Below are positions 9,594 to 16,967 of a DNA stretch of 64,000 nucleotides, one piece after another. The translations under genes were made by a program, and so were the position numbers. The stretch comes from Chloroflexota bacterium. Lineage in GTDB: Bacteria > Chloroflexota > Limnocylindria > Limnocylindrales > CSP1-4. Within the stretch, counting starts at the first letter, position 1, and each line of letters begins with the position of its first letter. The notes beneath the pieces are model-generated. The model was given only the letters and a program-made list of their open reading frames with translations. It had not been told where the DNA came from and made no database searches. The stretch spans positions 913 through 64,912 of the forward strand of contig DAHXON010000009.1 in the NCBI GenBank assembly GCA_027364875.1. The letters are read 5' to 3'.

Positions 9594-10177
9594 ATGACGG
9601 TCCCTCTTGATCCCACTCGTCCTGCCTCGGGACGCCGCAAACTATAGGCCACGGACGCGCCGCCCCGTCCGCCGGCGTCCCGATAAGCAACTTCCCGTAT
9701 TGCGCATGTCCGGCTCCGCTTGCGACCCTTGTCACGCGGAGCGGGGGGAAACGCATCAGGGGTCGGAGACGCAAGTCCCCGGCCCCCGGCAATCAGCTCC
9801 GATGTGTCGATTTTCGTGTGCTGTCGCCAGTCGCTACCCCGCTGGCGGCATTGCCGGGACAGGCGGGCCGCACGTCGCCCCGAGCGGCCCGCTCCGGCTC
9901 TTCCCTTGGTGCCTCACGCGAGTGGATGCGCGCCGGCGGTGGCGCCGTCAGGCGCGGGTTCCGCTCCACGGGTCCCCATGCGGCGCATCGGCCACCCGGA
10001 CGGGTAGGAGAGACGGAACGAGCGTGCCCGCTCGCGGCCGCGAACCAGACCTGCTGATAGACTGCCGCTTGATCGTGCGGAATCGGTGTCAGAACCTTCT
10101 CCCGCGAACTGCCTGGATACCCGCAACATTTCTCCACCTCGCGGCTTCCCCGCCGCGAGCCAACCGGCTGGAGAGCG

Positions 10178-10534
10178 ATGACCGGCGTCTGGTACGTAGT
10201 CGGCTTGGCCTTCGCTGGGGTCTCGTTCGTTTTCCTGACCATCGGCCTGGCCTGGTTGATATCGCATCGGAATAGAGGCGACCGCCACAAGGGTCTGCCG
10301 TATGAGAGCGGCATCGACACGTATGGCGACACCTGGGGCCGCTTTGCCCTCTCCTTCTACGTATACGCCCTGCTCTTCGTCGCCTTCGACGTCGAGGTCG
10401 TCTTCCTCTTCCTGTGGGCGGTCGTATTCCGCGACCTGCTCGTAGGCGGCCTCGTGAGCATGGGCACGTTCGTGGTTGTGCTGATGCTCGGCCTGGCATA
10501 TGCCTGGCGGAAGGGAGTTCTCACGTGGCGGTGA
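10178..10534 (+). CDS. nuoA: NADH-quinone oxidoreductase subunit A
   Basis: 118 aa; GGAGAG upstream of the ATG; LPYESGI and [12 protein letters not shown] motifs, three TM helices. Confidence 0.9.
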   Translation: MTGVWYVVGLAFAGVSFVFLTIGLAWLISHRNRGDRHKGLPYESGIDTYGDTWGRFALSFYVYALLFVAFDVEVVFLFLWAVVFRDLLVGGLVSMGTFVVVLMLGLAYAWRKGVLTWR

Positions 10535-11250
10535 GCAAGAATCCGAGGGGAAGCGGAGGAGCGGGGCCGTCCGGCCGCTCGCTGGCGCCGCTCGCCCCGG
10601 GCGAGCTCACGACCCCGATCGTCGTGCCGAACAGCGTCTGGAGGCCCGCCAACCCGCTCGCCTATCAGGGCGCGGGCAGTGCCCAGCTCGAGAACACTCA
10701 CCTTCGCGAGTACGGCGAAACCGACGCCGGCCGCGTGGACGACGCTCGATGGGGCAAGCTGCAGGTCATCCCAACCAACGCGGACTACGTCCTGGAGCTC
10801 ATCCGGTCGAACAGCCTCTGGCCGTTGCTGTCGGGCCTGGCCTGCTGTGCCTTCGAGATGATGTCGGCGGCGACGAGCAAGAACGACATGGACCGCTGGG
10901 GCATGTTCCCCTTCCGGGCCTCGCCGCGCCAGTCGGACGTGCTGATCGTGGCCGGCACCCTGACCACCAAGATGGCGGGCCCGCTGATCCGGCTCTGGGA
11001 GCAGATGCCCGAGCCCAAGTGGTGCGTGGCCATGGGCGACTGCACGGTCTCGGGCGGCAGATACAAGCGCAGCTACGCCGTGGTCCAGGGCATCGACCGT
11101 GTCATGCCGGTGGACGTGTACGTGCCGGGCTGCCCGCCCCGCCCGGAAGGCCTCATCTACGGAATGCTGCAGCTCGGCCAGCTGGTCAAGGATCGCCGCG
11201 GCCACTGGCACGACCGAAGCATCGGCCCCACGGTCCCGGACAAGATCTGA
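10525..11250 (+). CDS. nuoB: NADH-quinone oxidoreductase subunit B (N2 cluster)
   Basis: GTG at 10525 overlaps the nuoA stop (alternative GTG at 10531); [23 protein letters not shown] and VPGCPPRPE ligand motifs; long N-terminal extension. Confidence 0.88.
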   Translation: MAVSKNPRGSGGAGPSGRSLAPLAPGELTTPIVVPNSVWRPANPLAYQGAGSAQLENTHLREYGETDAGRVDDARWGKLQVIPTNADYVLELIRSNSLWPLLSGLACCAFEMMSAATSKNDMDRWGMFPFRASPRQSDVLIVAGTLTTKMAGPLIRLWEQMPEPKWCVAMGDCTVSGGRYKRSYAVVQGIDRVMPVDVYVPGCPPRPEGLIYGMLQLGQLVKDRRGHWHDRSIGPTVPDKI

Positions 11251-11252
11251 CG

Positions 11253-11825
11253 ATGGATCGAACGCTCAAAGCCCGCCTCGAGATCCGCCTCGGCACGTTC
11301 CTGCACGGCGCCGTCCGGCAGCGCGGCGACGAGACGGAGATCCGAGTCGCGCCCGGGGACGTCCCGCAGGTCCTCACGATCCTGCACGATTCGATCGACC
11401 TGCGCTTCGAGATCCTCGCGGACCTGACCGGCGTGGACACCGGCAACGAGATGCAGGTCGTATATCACCTCTGGAGCCCGTCCTCTCCGGACTGGCTGCG
11501 TGTCGTCGCCGAGGGAATCTCCCGCGAGGACCCGCGCGCGCCGTCCGCCACGTTTCTGTGGACGGGGGCGGAGTGGCTCGAGCGCGAGGCGTACGACATG
11601 TTCGGCATCGTGTTCGAGGGGAACCGCGACCTGCGCCGCATCCTGATGCCGGCCGACTACATGAGCTTCCCCCTCCGGAAGGACTTCCTGCTCGCGGACG
11701 ACGCCTCTCGCTCGCCCGGGGCGGGAGTTCGCCACTCCGAGCGGGCGTCGCGGCCGGCAACCCTGGCCCACGACGCGCCGGGCTCGCCCGGCGATCCTGC
11801 CATCCGCCGAGCGCCCGCGAGCTGA
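11253..11825 (+). CDS. nuoC: NADH-quinone oxidoreductase subunit C
   Basis: 190 aa, ATG 2 nt after the nuoB stop; LADLTGVD, WLEREAYDMFGIVFEGNRDLRRIL. Confidence 0.9.
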   Translation: MDRTLKARLEIRLGTFLHGAVRQRGDETEIRVAPGDVPQVLTILHDSIDLRFEILADLTGVDTGNEMQVVYHLWSPSSPDWLRVVAEGISREDPRAPSATFLWTGAEWLEREAYDMFGIVFEGNRDLRRILMPADYMSFPLRKDFLLADDASRSPGAGVRHSERASRPATLAHDAPGSPGDPAIRRAPAS

Positions 11826-11833
11826 GGACTCCG

Positions 11834-13144
11834 ATGCCCGACCGCCCGACCGCCCACTCCGACAACGCCGATCCGCGCCGTTTCCGGTCCTCACCCGGCT
11901 CCGCGGCCGAGGCCGAGAACGCGAACCCGCGCTATTTCGAGTCGGCGGACGATCCGCGGATCATGCTCGAACAGGACATCGGCTCGGACCTGTACGAGCC
12001 CATTCCGCCGTTCCCCACTCGAACCGAGCGCGAAGGCGAGTTCTACTCGCTAGCCGACGGCCAGATGTTCCTCAACGTGGGCCCGCAGCATCCCGCTACG
12101 CACGGCGTCCTGCGCCTGGTCCTCAAGCTGTCCGGCGAGCAGATCGTGGACGTGGATCCGGTCATCGGCTATCTCCACCGCGGCGTCGAGAAGATCTGCG
12201 AGAACTGCGACTACTACCACGTCATCGACCAGGTGGATCCGCTCGAATATCTGAGCTCGCTGTTCCAGGAATGGCCGGCGGTCATGGCCTTCGAGAAGAT
12301 CATGGACGTCGAGGTGCCACGCCGGGCCGAATACATCCGCGTCCTCACGGGCGAGCTGCTGCGCATCTCCAGCCACACCCTGTACATGGGTTTCATGGCC
12401 CTGGACCTGGGTGGCCTGACGCCGATCCTGTACAGCTTCATCGAGCGCGACGAGATCAGCGAGATGCTCGCCTCGATCACGGGCGCTCGGATGCTCTTCA
12501 ACTACTTCCGGATCGGCGGCGTCAACGGCGATCTCAACCACGAGTTCATGAGCCGCCTGGGCGACTGGATGAGCCGCGCGGGCAAGCAGGCCGAGGCGAT
12601 CACTGGGCTCCTCAACGAGAACGAGATCTTCGTCCGGCGGATGCGGCCGATCGGCAGGTTGGACCGGGCAACGGCCCTCCGATACGGGGTCACGGGGGCC
12701 AACATCCGCGCCTCGGGCGTCCCGTTCGACGTTCGGCGGGCTCACCCGTACTCGATCTATCCGGAGCTGGACTTCAACATCCCGACCCGTGAGGAAGGCG
12801 ACTCGCTGGCCCGCTACCTGATGCGGGTCGACGAGATCAAGGAATCGATCCGGATCATCGACCAGTGCCTGCACCAGATGCCGGACGGGCCGATCATGGC
12901 CAGGCTGCCGCGGCTCCTGCGGCCGCGACCGGGGCGCGCCTGGGCGGCCGTCGAGGCGCCCCGCGGGATGCTCGGCGTCTACGCCATCAGCGACGGGTCG
13001 GACCAGCCGTTCCGGTTCCGGATCCACGACCCGAGCTTCATGAACCTCGAAGTGGTGCCGGCCCTGCTGCCGGGCAACCTCCTCGCCGACACGATGGCCG
13101 TGGTCTCCTCCCTCGATCCGGTGATGGGCGGTGTCGACCGATGA
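11834..13144 (+). CDS. nuoD: NADH-quinone oxidoreductase subunit D
   Basis: 436 aa; FLNVGPQHPATHGVLRLVLKLSGE, GYLHRGVEK, C-terminal SLDPVMGGVDR; N-terminal ~60-aa extension. Confidence 0.93.
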   Translation: MPDRPTAHSDNADPRRFRSSPGSAAEAENANPRYFESADDPRIMLEQDIGSDLYEPIPPFPTRTEREGEFYSLADGQMFLNVGPQHPATHGVLRLVLKLSGEQIVDVDPVIGYLHRGVEKICENCDYYHVIDQVDPLEYLSSLFQEWPAVMAFEKIMDVEVPRRAEYIRVLTGELLRISSHTLYMGFMALDLGGLTPILYSFIERDEISEMLASITGARMLFNYFRIGGVNGDLNHEFMSRLGDWMSRAGKQAEAITGLLNENEIFVRRMRPIGRLDRATALRYGVTGANIRASGVPFDVRRAHPYSIYPELDFNIPTREEGDSLARYLMRVDEIKESIRIIDQCLHQMPDGPIMARLPRLLRPRPGRAWAAVEAPRGMLGVYAISDGSDQPFRFRIHDPSFMNLEVVPALLPGNLLADTMAVVSSLDPVMGGVDR

Positions 13145-14670
13145 CCGACCAGCCGACGGGCGAGCAGCCCCAGCGCGAGCAGCCGCAGAACGTGGCGGCC
13201 GAGCCCCGGAGCGAGCAGCCGAACGTGGCGGCCGAGCCCCAGGGCGAGCAGCCGCAGAGCGAGCCGACCGCGGTTCGGTCGATGCGCGACCGGCTCGAGG
13301 CCGGGCGGGCGCGGGTCGTGCGGGCCTGGCACGACTACGCCTGGGATCACTTCAGCCCGCTCGAGCGAGCGGTCTTCCTGCTCGGTCCCGTCGCCGTCCT
13401 CCTGGCCGCCATCGTCACCCTGGCCATCATCGGCCTGGGGCCGCCTTTCCTCGACTTCATCGGCGCGAACCTGCCCATCGTCCGCTTCGTGGTTGCGGTG
13501 ACGGCAATCCTCCTCATGACCGTGCCGACGGCCTTCGTGATCATCTACCTGGAGCTCAAGGTCATCGCCCGGATGAATCTCCGAGTGGGGCCCAACCGCC
13601 TGGGGCCCATCGGCATGGCCACGAGCGTCATGCACGGCCTCAAGGTTCTGTCCAAGGAGGACTTCCCTCCGACCGGCGCGGACGTGGGCGTCTTCACCCT
13701 GGCGCCGCTCGTGACCTTCCTCGCGGCGATCATGACGCTGCTGGTCATCCCCTTCGCCCCGGCGCTCGTCGGCCAGGACCTCAACGTCGGCCTGCTGTAC
13801 TTCTTCGCCGTCGGCGGCCTGAGCGTGGTGGGTCTGCTGATGGCCGGCTGGTCGAGCTTCAACAAGTACTCGCTGCTCGGCGGGCTTCGATCGGCCGCCC
13901 AGATCGTGAGCTACGAGATCCCGCTCACTCTTTCCGTGGTGGGCGTGATCATCCTCGCCGGGACGATGAGCCTGAACCACATCGTGCTCTCGCAGTCGGG
14001 CTCCATGCTCGACTGGTTCATCTTCAAGCAGCCCCTGGCCGCGTTGATCTTCTTCATCGCCGCCACGGCCGAGGCCAACCGGACCCCGTTCGACATGACC
14101 GAGGCGGACTCCGAGATCGTGGCCGGCTTCGCCACCGAGTATTCGGGCATGCGGTTCGGCTTCTTCTTCTTCGCCGAGTACGTGAACGTCTTCATCATCT
14201 CGGCCCTCACAGTCACGCTCTTCGCCGGCGGCTGGACCGCCCCGTTCAACTGGCCCCGGCCGATCAATCTCAACTGGTTCGATCCGTTCGCCATCAGCCC
14301 GATCGCCTGGTTCGCCATCATCCTGACAGTAGTCTGGTTCGGGACCCTCTTCTTCGCTCTGGTCGTCCGCCTCTTCGGCGGCCGCGACTGGGGCATCCTC
14401 GATGCCATCCCACTCGGCTTCCTCATGCTCGGGGGAGCGCTCACCGGCCTGATCGGGCTGGCCTGCTTCATCTCGATCGACTGGATCCGCGACCTGACCT
14501 GGTTCATGGGCAAGACGTACTTCTTCGTCTTCGTCTTCGTCTGGATGCGGGCGACGCTGCCGCGCGTCCGCGTCGATCAGCTCATGGGCTTCGCCTGGAA
14601 GTGGCTCCTGCCCGCCTCTCTGCTCAACCTCTTCGTGACGGCCACCGCCGTCGTCCTGCTGAATCGGTGA
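13141..14670 (+). CDS. nuoH: NADH-quinone oxidoreductase subunit H (extended)
   Basis: 509 aa; ATGA overlap with nuoD; RVGPNRLGPIG, EIVAGFATEYSGMRFGFFFFAEY, VWMRATLPRVRVDQLM; acidic repeat-bearing N-extension and extra TM helices. Confidence 0.92.
   Translation: MTDQPTGEQPQREQPQNVAAEPRSEQPNVAAEPQGEQPQSEPTAVRSMRDRLEAGRARVVRAWHDYAWDHFSPLERAVFLLGPVAVLLAAIVTLAIIGLGPPFLDFIGANLPIVRFVVAVTAILLMTVPTAFVIIYLELKVIARMNLRVGPNRLGPIGMATSVMHGLKVLSKEDFPPTGADVGVFTLAPLVTFLAAIMTLLVIPFAPALVGQDLNVGLLYFFAVGGLSVVGLLMAGWSSFNKYSLLGGLRSAAQIVSYEIPLTLSVVGVIILAGTMSLNHIVLSQSGSMLDWFIFKQPLAALIFFIAATAEANRTPFDMTEADSEIVAGFATEYSGMRFGFFFFAEYVNVFIISALTVTLFAGGWTAPFNWPRPINLNWFDPFAISPIAWFAIILTVVWFGTLFFALVVRLFGGRDWGILDAIPLGFLMLGGALTGLIGLACFISIDWIRDLTWFMGKTYFFVFVFVWMRATLPRVRVDQLMGFAWKWLLPASLLNLFVTATAVVLLNR
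13162..13266 (+). repeat. imperfect in-frame tandem repeat (GAGCAGCC..AACGTGGCGGCCGAGCCCC units) in the nuoH 5' extension
   Basis: GAGCAGCC recurs at 13162, 13177, 13212 and 13245; encodes EQPQ/NVAAEP repeats. Confidence 0.7.
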
Positions 14671-14677
14671 TGGCACG

Positions 14678-15619
14678 ATGAGCTTCGTACCCGGACTTGG
14701 TATCGCGAAGGGCATGGCCCTGACGCTGCGCCGCTTCTTCGAGCCGAAGGCGACGATTCAGTACCCGGAGACCCAGCCCGACGTGGCGGTCCGTTTCCGC
14801 GGCCGCCTCCAGCTGCTCTACGACGAGGGGGGCAACCTAAAGTGCGAGACCTGCTTCCAGTGCGCCCAGGCCTGCCCGGTCGAATGCATCGACATGGGCG
14901 GCTTCGACACCATGGGCCGCTTCCACGTCCACTGGGGGGAAGCCGAGCAATACGGCGAGCGGCGCGAGGAATCCGCCCTGCGGCGGTCCGGCCGCCCGGT
15001 CCCCGACCCGGCCTACACGCACTTCGCCCCGCTGGACGTCGCGGCGGTCGATCGCATCGCGGCCGACCACGACTTCGACCCCAAGCGGACGCTGCCGGTG
15101 CTCGAGGCAATCGAAGCGGAGTACGGCTTTCTGCCGGTGGCGGCGCTCAAGCGCTACAGCCAGATCTCCGGCGCGCCCTACGCCCTGCTCTACGGACCCG
15201 CGAGCTACTACCGCCACCTGCACCTCCAGGATTCCGGACGCGTAGTTGGCGTGTGTGGCTGCCCCTCCTGCGCTCTGGCAGGGAGCGGCCGGATCGCCCG
15301 GGCGCTGGCCGCGGAGCTTGGCACGGAGGTCGGCCGCAAGCCCGAGAGCGGCAAGCTCGCCCTGGAGTATCTGCCGGTCCACATCCCCGGAGCGGCCTCT
15401 CCGCTGATAACCCTCGACGGCGAGCCGCAGGCGGTCACGCGCGAGAACGCGGCGGCATGGGTGCGAGCGGTGGCGAGCGGCGCCACTCCCGCCACTTCCG
15501 CCACTCCCGGTAGGCCCGCCACTTCCGCCGGGCCCGCCGGCGCGCGGCGCCGTGCCAACGTGTCCGGACCGAGCGGCGCCGGCCAGAAGGGCGCCGCCCC
15601 TCGGAGGCCGCAGGCATGA
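14678..15619 (+). CDS. chimeric subunit: NuoI N-terminal half (single 4Fe-4S motif) fused to a NuoE-like thioredoxin-fold domain
   Basis: 313 aa; TLRRFFEPKATIQYPE..RFRGRLQL..CETCFQCAQACP (only one CxxCxxCxxxCP motif), then LPVLEAIEAEYGFLP..ASYYRHLHL..VVGVCGCPSCALAGSG..LITLDGEP aligning with NuoE/Nqo2; Ala/Pro/Ser-rich tail. Confidence 0.8.
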   Translation: MSFVPGLGIAKGMALTLRRFFEPKATIQYPETQPDVAVRFRGRLQLLYDEGGNLKCETCFQCAQACPVECIDMGGFDTMGRFHVHWGEAEQYGERREESALRRSGRPVPDPAYTHFAPLDVAAVDRIAADHDFDPKRTLPVLEAIEAEYGFLPVAALKRYSQISGAPYALLYGPASYYRHLHLQDSGRVVGVCGCPSCALAGSGRIARALAAELGTEVGRKPESGKLALEYLPVHIPGAASPLITLDGEPQAVTRENAAAWVRAVASGATPATSATPGRPATSAGPAGARRRANVSGPSGAGQKGAAPRRPQA

Positions 15620-16959
15620 CGAACGCGGTCATCCTCGAGACCCCGGCGCGCTTCCCGCGGGTGCTCCTGCCGGCGAACCTGCCGAGCAACCCGACGGACC
15701 TCGAAGCGGCCCAGGCGAGCGGCTGGTTCTCGGCGCTCCGAACGGCCATCACCGAGCTCAAGCCCGAAGGCGTCATTGCCGCGCTCTCGGCCTCGGGAAT
15801 GCGTGGCCGAGGGTTCCCCGGCGTCCCTCTCGGCGACAAATGGGAGTCGTGCGCCCGCGCCGAGGCCGACCGCAAGTACGTGGTCGTCAACGCGTTCCAG
15901 TCCGATCCGGCCGTCCTGACGGACCGCATCCTGCTCGAGCGCAACCCCTACGCCGTGTTCGAGGGCGCGGCAATCGCCGCCTTCACGGTGGGAGCTCAGG
16001 AAATCATCTTCGCGGTGCGGGCCGAGGCCACGGACGCCATCCGGACACTCGAGGCCGCGTTCGCGATTGCCCGCCAGGCCGGCTACCTCGGCGACAACGT
16101 GATGGGCACCGGGCTGGAGCTCCAGGCGTCGGTCCGGCCGCTCGAAGGCTCGTACATGCTCGGCGAGGAGACGGTCCTGCTCAAGGGCCTCGAAGGCCGG
16201 CGAGGACAGCCCGATCAGCAGCCGCCCTACACCACGACGCAGGGCCTGTTCGGCAAGCCCACCCTCATCCATGGCCCGCAGACCTTCGCCGCGGTCCCGA
16301 CCATCGTCAACGGCGGCATCGCGGAGTACCTCGAGACGTCTCCGAAGGCCTTCGCCGGCACGGTCCTCGTCCAGATCTCCGGCGCGGTCGTGCAGCCCGG
16401 CATAGCCGAGGTTCCGCTCGGCGTGACGCTCCGCGAGGTCCTGGACACGGCCGGCGGCGTACCCGCGTCGCGCCGGCTCAAGGCGGTCCTCGTCGGCGGG
16501 CCATCAGGCGGCCTGATCCCCGCGATCGGCCTGGACGTCACCTTCGACCAGGGCTCGCTCCAGAAGGCCGGGGCGCAGATCGGCTCCGGGTCCATCGTAG
16601 TGGTGGACCAGACCGCATGCGTGGTGGACCTGGCCGCGACTCTTACGCGCTTCTCCGCCGACCAGGCCTGCGGCAAGACGATCCCGTGCCGGATCGGGCT
16701 GCGCCGCATGGCCGAGATCGGGCAGCGCTTCTGCGATGGACTCCCGCGCGGCGACGACGTCGCGCTCCTCAACGACCTGGCCGTCGACATCGTCGAGAGC
16801 GCGCTCTGCGATCACGAGCGGCGCGCCACTCTGGCCCTCACGAGCCTCGCCCGGTATTTCCGCGACGAGCTCGACGCCCACATCGTTCGCAACACATGCC
16901 CGGCGGGCGTCTGCCATCCGATTGCCAAGGCAGGCGCGCGTACGGGCGCGGCTTCTTGA
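15616..16959 (+). CDS. NuoF-like subunit with divergent FMN/NADH and N3-cluster motifs
   Basis: 447 aa; ATGA overlap with the upstream gene; SGMRGRGFPGVPLGDKW, VVNAFQSDPA, GSYMLGEETVLLKGLEGRRGQP, ACGKTIPCRIG, each clearly homologous to but different from the canonical NuoF motif. Confidence 0.85.
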   Translation: MTNAVILETPARFPRVLLPANLPSNPTDLEAAQASGWFSALRTAITELKPEGVIAALSASGMRGRGFPGVPLGDKWESCARAEADRKYVVVNAFQSDPAVLTDRILLERNPYAVFEGAAIAAFTVGAQEIIFAVRAEATDAIRTLEAAFAIARQAGYLGDNVMGTGLELQASVRPLEGSYMLGEETVLLKGLEGRRGQPDQQPPYTTTQGLFGKPTLIHGPQTFAAVPTIVNGGIAEYLETSPKAFAGTVLVQISGAVVQPGIAEVPLGVTLREVLDTAGGVPASRRLKAVLVGGPSGGLIPAIGLDVTFDQGSLQKAGAQIGSGSIVVVDQTACVVDLAATLTRFSADQACGKTIPCRIGLRRMAEIGQRFCDGLPRGDDVALLNDLAVDIVESALCDHERRATLALTSLARYFRDELDAHIVRNTCPAGVCHPIAKAGARTGAAS

Positions 16960-16967
16960 GGCGTCCC

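Noticed and set aside
12979-14715. 578-aa minus-strand and 516-aa plus-strand ORFs over nuoH
   Set aside because: Shadow ORFs. The nuoH frame carries all the conserved motifs and TM helices.
15552-16967. N-terminal 472 codons of the 1447-aa ORF 15552-19895
   Set aside because: This part overlaps the convincing NuoF-like frame and is Arg/Pro-rich. The real protein begins at the ATG at 16968, 8 nt after the nuoF-like stop.
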